Of a stretch of 64,000 nucleotides of DNA, positions 52,113 through 64,000 are shown piece after piece; position 1 is the stretch's first letter; each line of letters begins with the position of its first letter. Origin of the DNA: Octopus vulgaris. Its lineage: Eukaryota. The translations under genes and the position numbers were made by a program. The notes under the pieces were generated by a model, which worked only from the letters and a program-made list of their open reading frames with translations, had not been told where the DNA came from and searched no databases. The stretch spans positions 105,214,001 to 105,278,000 of the forward strand of contig OX597817.1 of assembly GCA_951406725.2 (NCBI GenBank), written 5' to 3'.

Positions 52113-54266
52113 TCCATTTTCCCCCCTGTTAAATGTAGGAACTATGATTTTATGGCGGTAAGAGTGTAAACATTTGCGTATTCTGTGTAAGTTTTTTTAC
52201 TTACGTAGAGTATGTACATTGGCTGTTTATATAAAAAATATAGTCCGAAATGAATGCTTTTTATATACGAAGTCAGAGTACAAGATAGTGTATTCGAAGT
52301 CTCACTGGCTATCTGGTTTATTCCAACAGTCAGTTTTGAAAAGCTACATACCTGTCAAAATTTCAAACACGGTTTAATGAGCGAAAGTAGATTTGTTAGT
52401 TAACAACCTTGAATATTTACCTGCCTTCTTAAAATCATCGATCAGATCAATCACTCGTTGTTGGATATTTTTTATCACTAAAAGTCTAATAAATGATTAT
52501 TTCGTTGTATTCGTTCACAGAATGAATAATTATTCATTTATTAATTATTTTAATAAAGAATAACTATAAAAAAAAAGAATGTAGAGCAGGTGGTGATGAG
52601 ATTACGTAACATTAATGCTTTTCTTCAGAATATTAGCAGAATAATTAAAGTGAATAAATAGATTCAACTGATAAAGGAAAAGTTAACGATCTCAGCTTGC
52701 AGACGCAGCTCGTCGAGATTATATATAGTACACTAAATTGTTGCTATTTTTATCATTTACATAACAGCGCAATAGTGATAACATAGATGGTTAACACTAG
52801 CTTTGCCTCTGTTCGTTCAAATTATTCTCTTTCATAACTCCGTAGTTTTATTAGATCCAGCACTAAACTCTTTCCGAAACCTTATTTCCCAGCATGACAT
52901 TCTTCTTCAATCTCTCTCATTTATGCTGACGGTATTTCTTCCCCAAGTATTAATTGCAACAGTTCAAATACAGTATTATTTAATTCGGATCATCTATAAG
53001 TATATCTAATTTCTTCATTTTCGTTTTTATTCATTTGTTAGTCAAAAGAAGATGTGCAATGCTTATGATATTTTCAGACCTTCCTTGAGTGATGAGATCG
53101 ATGTTGGTTGTACTTAGTGTGAACATTTGCCGGTCGGTGATTGTTGGGTGATCATGGTCTGGGAAAGAAATTCCACTGATTAAAAATTCAGGGAAAAATT
53201 ATTTGAGAGGACAGTGCATAGTTTTAGATCTGACAGGTGAGACATTATATATGATAAGGAGAAGAGAGACCAGTCTGTCGATTAAGTTTGAGTGAAAGCG
53301 GGGCCGACCCTATGGTAGCTGACGCTCTGAGCAAGTTAAAGTTTGGCGGCAACATAGGAGATTTACACAAGGAAGAAAAACTGTATATGTTGGGATTAAG
53401 TATTTATTGCAATATACAATCATAATAGAAATTTTTAAAATCAACATCAAAGGTTTATTATCTTGTCATTTATATATAACTAAAAGTGAGAGAGACGGTA
53501 CCTACAAACTCTGATTGGAAGATGTATTGGTGAAAGAATGTCTGAAAGGTACTGTTAATTACTTGTAGACTAACAGGTTTTCTCCGAATAAATTAAAGAA
53601 TATGAACACAGAAACAGATGCCAAAAATACTTTTTTCTCGGCTTAAAATCAAAAGGTATTTTCGTAAACACTGTATATCTCTCTTTTCCATGGTATCATT
53701 TGCTCACCTATGTAACATTTTAAAAGAAGCTAATCTCCACTCGAGAGATGTTGGTAGGGCACTGCCCATGGACTGATAACGTACGAACTGTAGACAGGAA
53801 CTTAACTTCGGACTAGCTCACTAGCTAGTCCGCAGAGAAGGGACTTCCGGTTAAAGGAGAGAGGTGTCTGGGGATTTGAATGTCCGATCGTACTCGTCTT
53901 CACAGCGTGTAGCCAACTGAAACGAAATAAACAATACATCGACAGACTCTTGTTCCGGATTATCTTTATGTATAGCTTAACTAGGCTATATATGTTCATA
54001 TTCTACTTAATTTTATATCCTATTTTCACATTTTATCTTTGTATTTGGAAGATTCTAAAACACATGATGTAATGTCCGCTAGCACATGATGACCTGGTAA
54101 CTGCCAAAATTTCTGGTACCTTCAGCCAGCCCTGGATAGCGAGATAAAAGTGTTTACAAACAAGAACGACACCAGAGTAAGCAACATCGTAGGACATCTC
54201 TTATCCCAGTTTCGACTGCTTGCTTATACTATCACGAGCGATAGCTTACGCTATATATTATATTAG

Positions 54267-54604
54267 AAGAAGGAAGAAGGAGCTCTCCGTCGGTTACGAC
54301 GACGAGCGTCCCAGCTGATACGATCAGCGGAACAGCTTGCTCGTGAAATTAACGTGCAAGTGGCTGAGCACTCCACAGACACGTGTACCCTTAACGTAGT
54401 TCTCAGGGAGATTCAGTGTGACACAGAGTGAGACAAGACTGGCCCTTTGAAATACAGGTACTACTCATTTTTGCCAGCTGACTGGACTGGAGCAACGTGA
54501 AATAAAGTGTTTTGTTCAAGCACACAACTCGTTGCCGGGAATTGAACACACGCCCATTACCATCGTGAGCCGAATGCCCTGACCACTAAGCCACGCGCCT
54601 TCAC
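54267..54604 (-). mobile_element. Full-length tRNA-derived SINE, third family
   Basis: Head gtgaaggcgcgtggcttagtggtcagg..gttcaattccc; tail cttcttct; 14-bp TSD atatattat(a/t)ttag at 54253-54266 and 54605-54618; partial copy near 49060-49200. Confidence 0.88.
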
Positions 54605-55055
54605 ATATATTATTTTAGTTCAGTATTGTATCAATAGTTCATCATCTTAAGATATTGTATCAATAAGTGAGTTATTAGGTCAATTTTCTGCTAAATCATT
54701 GTTCGAGGAGTGGCTTCACCTGCTCCTTTTATTACTGAGTTTTCATTGGTTGAAGAAATCTTATCCAAATTATTCAAAATTTGTACGACTTCTCTTGGAT
54801 TTAGCGTCCTAGTCCGATCACCTAGTTTGCTTAATGTGTAGTGCTAGCCTTCTTCACACAAACACTTCTCTTTCTCTTCATTGTCATGATTTATTTTCCC
54901 TCTTTACTTTTCGCCTCTCCCTCAGACTGACGATCAAAAACGTATGAGTAATATTTTATTCGTGAACATTGGTGGTAGATTCTCAATGGCCAGAGTTCAA
55001 CGACCGGAAGTAAGTTGTTTAAGTAACTCGGTTAATGACCTTCGGTATTAACTCG

Positions 55056-55088
<33 letters not shown>

Positions 55089-56092
55089 CACCTCTCTTTC
55101 TCTCTCAATTTCCTTGAAGTCATCAATCGTATCAATCACTCGCTATTGGATATTTTTTTATCTCGAAAGGTCAACTAAACGATTATATCGCATTCATGGA
55201 AAAAAATAATCATTTATTTATACTTCATTTTTACATTTATTGTAACAACTGATATTGCAACAACTGATATAACTGCTAGTGAATCTAGTCTATGTATTAC
55301 TATCGTGACACTTCGTCACACTAATATCTGAATATTGAATACACACACACAACGCGCGCGCGCGCGCACGCACACACACACACACACACATACACACACT
55401 AGAGGCGTACAGCGGTTATTGTCATAAGGGATACGATATGCTGCTGTGCTTAACCTACAAATCTGGCACGAGTATTATTTAAAATAAACAAATAAACGTA
55501 CAGGGTTTAGGCTTTTCACATATTTAAATAACGCAAAATCTACGTAATATTTACGTAATACGATTTCGATCTGATTTAATCCTTGCATCTAAGAATGTAT
55601 TAGTTAAAACGAGAACAAACTACAATATTGTATATCACAATACTACTGGTGTAGCATCATAAGAAAAACAAGCTCCAGTTAGAGAGTTCTCCACTAAGTT
55701 TTACGAAGTTTCAACCTCAAAAATGAACTCAAGTTATGCATTGGCGGAATGTCGCGAACCCTTGAGTCCTGATTTTGTTAATCCCTCATTATCTTTCCAA
55801 ACCTATGACTAAATGTCACAGGAAGCTTCAATAAAAGACGGATTTAGCAGTATTTTTGTTTCATTATTTTTTTAAAAGTTATCTTTTATCTTTCACCAGT
55901 TTCAATCATTGGATTGCAGCTATACAGGGGCTGAAGAATTACAATCGAACAAACCAACCCAAGTATTTATCATTAGATTTTTTTAAAAATTTGTCTTTTA
56001 GTCTGATATTTATTCTAGCGTTCTCTGCCGAAATGCTAAGTTACGAGGTGAGGGGACACGCACAAACACAGACAAACACACATATATACATA

Positions 56093-56143
<51 letters not shown>

Positions 56144-56906
56144 GAAAGATGAATAATCTTGTAGTAGATTAATCAAAAGTAGATTAATCAAAACGCCGTC
56201 TACCAATGCAAGGTTTACACGGACTCAGATGTCTTCATTTATGTAGGGGCCTCATCCTCAAGATTGTCTTTGCGTGTCTCCACTTGGTTTTTTCACAGCG
56301 GGGGGTTTCCTTGACAAGGCAGGCTTAGATGAGAACACACACACACATAAAACATGAGATATATATATTTTTTTTCTGCCACCCAACGGTCATCACGGCA
56401 GTAGCCACTGACAGCCGAACGATCAAACGCACACACGTACACAAAAAATGTTTTCTACCCCTACGCCAACACACACGTATATAGAACAGTATACACACAC
56501 ACACGTCTCTAAGTAGATTTTTCTCGCCCCTTATAAAACATCCAATATTCCTTAAATAGTCAGAACTTTATTCTCGGTCACAAAGAACATCTACGCCCCC
56601 TCACCCACATGATTGACCGATGCCTGACCCGTTGAATTCTTCAGCCACCGGTTCTCAACATACACTGATAAACAGTTTCGCCATGGGCTCTTAGGAGCAT
56701 AGTTCGATTTGTTTTTGCTCCGCCTCTGTTCTGTTTTTGTTTTTCCAACGGATTTCCTATTTTCTTCCTGAAGAGAAAGACACAATATGGTCCCATTATT
56801 CCATCGGATTTTGGTAATTTGTGCCTTTCGAAACACGTGTAGAATGAAATAAAACGATTTCTGTTCAATCTGCGTTCAGCTCCATTTCTTCAATTCACCA
56901 ATAATG

Positions 56907-56951
<45 letters not shown>

Positions 56952-58479
56952 CATATATATATATGTATGTGTGTGTGTGTGTATGTGTGTGTGTGTGTTA
57001 GGGTGTACAACCTGTTTCATTCACTTTCCGTCTACCAAATCCACTCACAAAGTTTTGGTCAGCCCGGGAATATAAGTAGAAAATATTTGCCCAAGGTTCC
57101 ATGTAGTGGGACTGAACCCGAAGCCAGGGGGTTGGGAAGCAAACTTCTACCACACAGCCATACCTGCGCTTATATTGCATAAAACGTATCTGTTTTTCAA
57201 GTATGTATTATACCATTGAATAAAAGTCATGTATTTATCAGGTAATAAGTGACTCTAAATATTATTTGTTTGATTTATTATTTGTGATATTGAAATGAAA
57301 TCCCACAATTTTTCCCTGTGACTTTTTGCTTGACCACATGTGATTTTTCTTTGCCGACATGTGATTTTTTCCCCATTTACCATCCCACCATCCATCAAAT
57401 ACCCACTGCCATAATACTTCATTATGAATCATAAAAAGTTATTTCCTATTATGATCCTTAATAATATCATGGCGTGGGCCTTAGTATTAATGGGTGGGTG
57501 AGCTGCACTCATCTAACACACCAAGAATATACGCTCATGATATTTCTATATGTATAGGTATAAGATTTATGAAGCAACTTTCACTCATCTATTAACAATG
57601 GTTCCTTTTTTCTTTCCCAGTAATATTTTCTCTCTCAAATACGTTTAATGTACAATAATATAATAAAATTACAACAACCAATAACTATAAAAAAATAAAA
57701 TTACTTGTAAATAAAATGGCATTCTTTGTAATACTTCTGTTTTGTCTGTAGTCATGTGATGTGCCGTCTGCTTATTTTCGTTTAGTCACATGGTATGTGT
57801 GACTCAAAAGAAAGTCACAATGAGTCGTATCTACTTCTCGGTAGTAACTGTTAGCTGTCTTTTCTTTCTATGTGTCACAGCCTCTTACTGCTTTGTTTCA
57901 TTATTCTCTCGTCCCCTCCGCAAGCTTCATTTGTTACTCTAATATCCTCTCTCTTTGGATACGTTATTCACTACTTCCTCCAGTTGCGCTTCTCAGTTCC
58001 TCTTTTTTTTCTGCTTTTTTTATCTTTTCCAGTGTCTGAACTGTTAAATACATCTCCCCACACTTTCGGTTTCTTGAATAGCGAGCAAAATATTCAATAC
58101 ATAGCGTAAAGTATGTTATAGTTTATTAGAAGCTGTAGACTTTTGAACCCTAACGCTAGGTTTCATGTCACCGATGACTGAAATTCAATAGATAATCTGT
58201 AAAGCGAAGTTAGTAATGATTCAGAACCAGTGCGTGTGTGTGCACGTGTGTGCGCGCGAGCATGTATGTGCGTGCATGCGCGTACATGCGCGTGTGTGTG
58301 AGTGCTTGCATATGTGTGTATGCGTTTACACAACATATACGCATGCATACGTGTACACACACACATCTATATATATATATATACAGTCATATATGTCTGT
58401 CTTTCCATGACACACATTTATGTATCGATATATACGTGAGTGTGCGTGCATTTATAAATATAATATGTATATATTCGAT

Positions 58480-58742
<263 letters not shown>

Positions 58743-58967
58743 TTTTTCGTTTTCTTTTTACTTGTTTCAGTCATTAGACTGGGCCCATGTTGCAGCACTG
58801 CCTCGCAGAATCTTTAGTCGAATGAAATGACCCCAGTACTTATTTTTTATTTTAAGCATGTCACTTATTCTATCGGTTTCGTTTGCCGAACCGCTAGATT
58901 TGGACGTAAACACACCAATACCAGTTTTCGTGCGCTGGTAGGGGAAATACACACGCACACACACGCA

Positions 58968-59006
<39 letters not shown>

Positions 59007-59239
59007 TAGGCGGTCTTCTTTTAGTTTCTATTTACCAAATCCACTCACAAGGACCTGGTTGGTCTGAAGCTATGAGACTGAACCCGGAACCATGTGGCAT
59101 GGAATCAAACTTCTTACCACACATCCACGCCAACTATCTATTTAACAGAACCATTACGTTCTTTAAGTTTTGCCATAAATTGAGATCCAGCCAACACAGA
59201 GCCTATTTCCCAGTGACTTCCATGCTCTTTGACCCATCG

Positions 59240-59663
59240 AGGCCCTAAGCACTTAGAAGATTTTGGTTCCCCCATAAAAGATTATGTGATTCAAAATATA
59301 AACAAAAACAAACCATAAAATAAATTTTTATTTTTCAAAACGAAACAAAACAGTAAGAGGGGAAAAATAATGTTTATTTTTGTATACTTCCACTTTATTT
59401 GTATTTGAAACGTTTCCTCCTACATTTTTGAATTGCAAAGTATTTGATCAAATCCTCAAAATTAATCTTAGGTAACACATCTGCATCTATACTTAACAGA
59501 GATAAAGATATCCCGAATATCATTTTAGTAAGTTTAAAGTGATTTCTTTGGTTCCGTAAACCATTTACCATTTCTGTGGTGCCCCCTTCTTCCCTTGATG
59601 CCCCCTTCTTCCCTTGATGCCCTGAGCACATGCTTATTTTGCTTAATGGTTAATCCAGCGCTG
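59240..59663. mobile_element. Non-autonomous hAT derivative retaining part of the dimerisation domain
   Basis: Minus strand LSLLSIDADVLPKINFEDLIKYFAIQKCRR resembles the hATC ending; terminal ggttaatccagcgctg; short subterminal repeats gcccccttcttcccttgat x2. Confidence 0.6.
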
Positions 59664-61123
59664 GTTCCATGAAGCGTGAATGTGAAGGATAAATAGCTTC
59701 CGTGTTGTAGAATTACACGTTTTGACAAATTTTTCAGAAATGCCTTGTTTCCGTAAGCTTTGCTCTTCTTAAGTTTGAGACACACGTTTTCACTTTGGCC
59801 GACGCTGTACTATACGTATGTCTAATAAAGAAATAATACTATACGTATGTCTATACTATTAACCTTTCCTATGCTGTTACTTCCTCTCCTATCCCATTAC
59901 ATCATATCCTATCCAGTAGTACCTCAGCATCATGTCTAAATATTACACACTCTTGCATTCAGCTATCGCCTGCATGATGGTAATCTCACCAAGCCATTTC
60001 TCTTTGTTCATCATTTCTCATACCGCATGAGATGATGTCAGAGCTTATTAAAAAAATATTCTATTTTAAGCAATTTTGCTGTGAAAACTTCTTATCAACG
60101 CGAAAACTAGCGTTAAGTAGCGAAGTGCGTTAAATATCTTCTCTGGGCTATCTGTAGAAAGAATTGTGTCCTGTACATTTAACTACATGTGAAGCAAATA
60201 CTTGAATTTTTCATTTGAAATTTCTTTTGTTTTTGTTACAAGCTGAAAGCGATTTTTAATATGTGTTGGTTGACAATATTATGATATTAATTACTTCATA
60301 GCAAATAATGTTTCATGGTTGTTGCGAAGATTGGGCTGGAGTACATACGGTATTGTAATAGCCATCAGTTATACTATTATAGTAAAAAAGAATGAAGTAA
60401 ACGGATTTCCGTTTGTTTCTACAATGAGTATTCGTTCGATCAACTGAAGTATCTTTGGCTGAATATTCCATAGAAACTGGTATCTTTCAACGTAATTTTC
60501 AGGCGGAATCAGTATGACACTGTGATAATGACTGGACTTTAAAATTACAGATAAAATCAATCTGACAAGTTTCCACGCAGATTTCGTCTACCATATTTTA
60601 CTTACTGGGCTTCAGTCGACGCGGACCGATGGTAAAAAGTACTAGATGTCACGCAGAGGAAACGAACGGAGGGAATAAATGGACACAAATAACACTATTT
60701 TGATTAAAATCCATAACCCTCGTGCCTTCCGCTAACACTTCCTCTATCACCAGCGCAACGAGAAGTGGTAACATGGACCTTCGGCCTGTTAGAAATAGCA
60801 CCAAAACCGTCTTCAATAAATAATGAAAGGACACTTGGATAACGTTGTCATACATATACCGGAAAAGATAAGGTGGTCACGGTTGGAATACCTGTTAGAT
60901 TATTATTCTTTTATTCTTTTATTCGTTTCAGTCACATGACTGCGACCATGCTGGAGCACTGCCTTTAGTCGAGCAGATCGACCCCACGACATATTCTTTG
61001 TAAGCCTAGTAATTATTCTACCGGTCTCTTTTGCCGAACCGCTAAGTTACGGGGACGTAAACCCACGAACATCGATTCTTAAGCGATGCTTGTGGGTGGG
61101 GGGGAACACAGACACACATACAT

Positions 61124-61177
<54 letters not shown>

Positions 61178-61414
61178 AATGTGAGGTTAAAATTCTTTTT
61201 CTCGAAAAAAAATTTATCAATGGCCAGCATATTAAAAAATATCTTTAACCGGTTAAATTTATAAGCAATTCATAAATGAGGGCAAAGGAAAAAATTCTAA
61301 TGCCAAATATGCCGAAAAATTGGACATATTGTCCATTAACCATATAATTTTTTCACAATACGCACGTTACTCGAAAAAAGGTCGACAGAAATTTCTAAAA
61401 TATTCCATTATTAC

Positions 61415-61473
61415 CATATCGGACCGATTTCAGAGTTAGCTACTAAGAGCCCTCTCTTCGTCAGTGATACATG
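61415..61473 (-). ncRNA. Minimal type I hammerhead ribozyme (left arm)
   Basis: Reverse complement of the fold at 61892-61950. Confidence 0.65.
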
Positions 61474-61891
61474 TGGTAAAAGAAATAAATGAGGTACTTA
61501 CTCATACCCATGGAAGAAGCAAATACTAAGTCATGGGCACAACTAAGTACCCCAAATACATCCAAAATAGAAATACTCCAGCCCATTCGAGGCATGTGCG
61601 ATTTGAACTGAGGCTCTCATAGAGTGAGTTAGTTAGTTCGGAAGTGAACGCTTAAATTTATATCAAATTTATATCAAAATTTTTTTCGAAAAAAATTTTA
61701 TCCTCACATTTAAGCGTTCACTTCCGAACTAACTAACTCACTCTGTGAGAGCCTCAGTTCAAATCGCACGTGCCTCGAATGGGCTGGAGTATTTCTATTT
61801 TGGATGTATTTGGGGTACTTAGTTGTGCCCATGACGTAGTATTTGCTTCTTCCATGGGTATGAGTAAGTATCTCATTTATTTCTTTTGCCA

Positions 61892-61950
61892 CATGTATCA
61901 CTGACGAAGAGAGGGCTTTTAGTAGCTAACTCTGAAATCGGTCCGATATG
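61892..61950 (+). ncRNA. Minimal type I hammerhead ribozyme (right arm)
   Basis: gtatca-CTGACGA-agag.ag.ggct(tttagt)agct.aa.ctct-GAAA-tcg-GTC-cgatat: intact core, 4+4-bp stem II, short near-palindromic stem III (ATCGGT), stem I with an A.C mismatch next to the core. Confidence 0.68.
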
Positions 61951-62802
61951 GTAATAATGGAATATTTTAGAAATTTCTGTCGACCTTTTTTCGAGTAGCG
62001 TGCGTATTGTGAAAAAATTATATGGTTAATGGACAATATGTCCAATTTTTCGGCATATTTGGCATTAGAATTTTTTTCCTTTGCCCTCATTTATGAATTG
62101 TATATATATATATATATGACGGGCTTCTTTCAGTTTCCATGTACCAAATCCACTCATAAGGCTTCGGTCGGCTCAAGGTGCCACGCAGTGGGACTGAACT
62201 CGGAACCATGTGGTTGGTAAGCAAGCTTCTTACCGTACGGCTACACTTGGGCCTCTTATTTTAGATTTTTATTATGCATTTCTTGAATGTAAACCAATCC
62301 CTGTATTTGAACGGTATTTTATTTATTTTGTTTTGCCTTTCATCTTCCTGAATGAAAGACCAAATTTAGCGTCGGAAGGGTTGAGAACGTAAGAAGCGTA
62401 ACTAAATTCTGCACGCAGTAAATCGCAGTATTTGTCCCGACTCTTCTACTTTCTGAGTTCAAATATCACCTACGTTAACTTTACCTTTATCCTTTCGGGA
62501 TCGATAAAAATAAAAAAAAAGCACCGGTGGATAGGAGGAGCTATTAGAACGTCGGATTGGATGCTTTGCAATAGTTGTTCAAGGAAGTTTGAGTTCTGAG
62601 CATGACCTACATGGTTAGTAGACGTAAACCATCTCCTTATTTAACAGTACCATTAAGCACTTTGGGTGCCTTAAGTGGGGTTCAATTTGTTGCAAGCATT
62701 CAGACAAAGATTCGTTCCGCCTCTGTTCCAGTCCCGAAGCCCTGACGTGAACCGAAGGCAAATGATTTCCCTCTGTTGATCGGTAATGTATATATATATA
62801 TA

Positions 62803-64000
62803 TCCACTTTTGTAACCAGGATCATCCTTCCATGTTGAAGGGTCTTTGTCGAAGAAATCGATGCTGATAGAAAATCTTGTGAAGAAAGTTTTTGTACCAG
62901 GAGTTAAAAAAGACGAAAACTCGATGTTTGTACAGGAAGAAAAGTCATTTTGGTGCAGAATGTACCTCTTCAGTTGACTTTTTTCTTCTCCCTATTCTTC
63001 ACCTTTGCTTGCTTCCAGCATAACTTGAACAATATTTGGTTTCCCCTCTGTTGGAATATTGTCATCAAATATGGATCGAGCCACATTTTCGGGAGCTAAC
63101 TACCAGAGATGGCTGGGAAATGTTTTCGCAGCAGCCTTACTGATTATCGGATCAATACCCTGATAATTTATCAGTTGACGCATGAAAAGGAAATCATGAT
63201 AAGGTGCTTTAATTGCTTCTGATGACAGAAACCAGACTCGAACATACGCTCGAGCAAGAAAAATACATATTCTTCTTAAAGAGTTCTTCTTTAGAACATA
63301 ACTGAAATTGATCTTGAAACAGATATATCTTGAATGCGTAAATTGCTTTTGACATCCACCTCATGCTGACTTACAGTTCCTGATGTACGAATCGATATCC
63401 CGTTCTTCGGAATGCCGCCAAGAAAGATCATCGTTAACTCCAACAATTCTTGGTAATCATATCCCTGTTACTTCTGCGTAGAAAGGTGTTATTCAAGAAA
63501 TCCAAGAATGGTAGAGAAGGCATCATCAGGCACTTCATTGCTTCCAGTTATATAAACCTTCTTGTTGAGTTTCGTTCAGGTTTCTCTAAATCTTTTAAAA
63601 AACGCCATGCCAGGACCAGAAGTTGCACCCATCAGTGAGTCAAAACAGCTCCTAAAAACTAATTCAAAAATGTGATGACGGCAAGGGAAGTACAACAGGT
63701 CGCGATTGAACAATTTTTCTAGATTTGTACTGGTACCATTCACTCGACCTGTGTTGCTTGCTGTCGTATCACAGCAAAGTGCCTGAATTTTGTCGGTTAT
63801 ACCTCACTCACTTCTCCGCTGCTTGGTAAACAGCCATGGCTTGCTGTTCTCCTGATGATGTTGGAATTTCAGAGGCTCCCAACAATTGCTCCTTATCTTG
63901 AAAAGTTACTATTATTGCCAGTCTATCAATCTTTTCAACGCCTGTGAGTGCTGGGACCAGCTTTCTATCCCAGTGCAACACTAATTCTTGACAATCGTTC
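62803..64000 (-). mobile_element. Decayed hAT-related (hATm-like) DDE transposase, running off the window edge
   Basis: Minus-strand translation: LHWDRKLVPALTG..DRLAI..EQLLG, CCDTTASNTG, LLYFPCRHHIFEL (CxxH), RWMSKAIYAFKIYLF, SHLW*L; stops and frameshifts; absent from the ORF track; subfamily name recalled, not searched. Confidence 0.78.

Larger units (their letters stand above)
61177..62100. mobile_element. Fold-back of a hammerhead-bearing ~480-bp unit in (TA)n (Penelope-derived or retrozyme-like)
   Basis: Arms 61266-61657 and 61708-62100 are near-identical inverted copies with a 50-bp spacer; each arm has an HHR. Confidence 0.85.

Noticed and set aside
53809-53832. Hairpin cggactagct-cact-agctagtccg as a terminator
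   Set aside because: Eukaryotic DNA with no U-tract or associated gene; an isolated 10-bp stem
56591-56868. Short non-repetitive ORFs as possible host exons
   Set aside because: No recognisable domain or convincing splice context; small exons cannot be excluded without RNA-seq

Overview
This is AT-rich, microsatellite-dense eukaryotic DNA. The SINE, MITE and simple-repeat make-up looks like a cephalopod (Octopus-like) genome; that is recognition by eye, not a database result. I find no credible host protein-coding exon, rRNA or CRISPR array. Nearly all listed ORFs are either translated microsatellites or decayed transposon genes. The window is a transposon graveyard: R4/Dong-type (RLE) LINEs sitting in (TAA)n and (CATA)n tracts, an RTE-type LINE with a 5' inversion, an ORF1-only LINE-like element, a Penelope GIY-YIG remnant, two full-length decayed mariners, Tc1, Tigger/pogo and hAT-related remnants, a Helitron, several MITEs and many tRNA-derived SINEs. 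The most interesting signal is non-coding. Several unrelated small repeats, mostly inserted in (TA)n, carry hammerhead-ribozyme (HHR) folds: a tandem pair about 330 bp apart at 31.0-31.4 kb, a fold-back of a circularly permuted ~480 bp unit at 61.2-62.1 kb, and one HHR between 69-bp inverted repeats at 24.3-24.7 kb. Together these suggest Penelope-dependent retrozyme-like (possibly circRNA-producing) families. A second theme is an ORF1-only element whose 3' tail matches a SINE tail, with that SINE forming the same SINE-in-SINE junction twice. All folds and alignments were done by eye, and coordinates of decayed elements are approximate.
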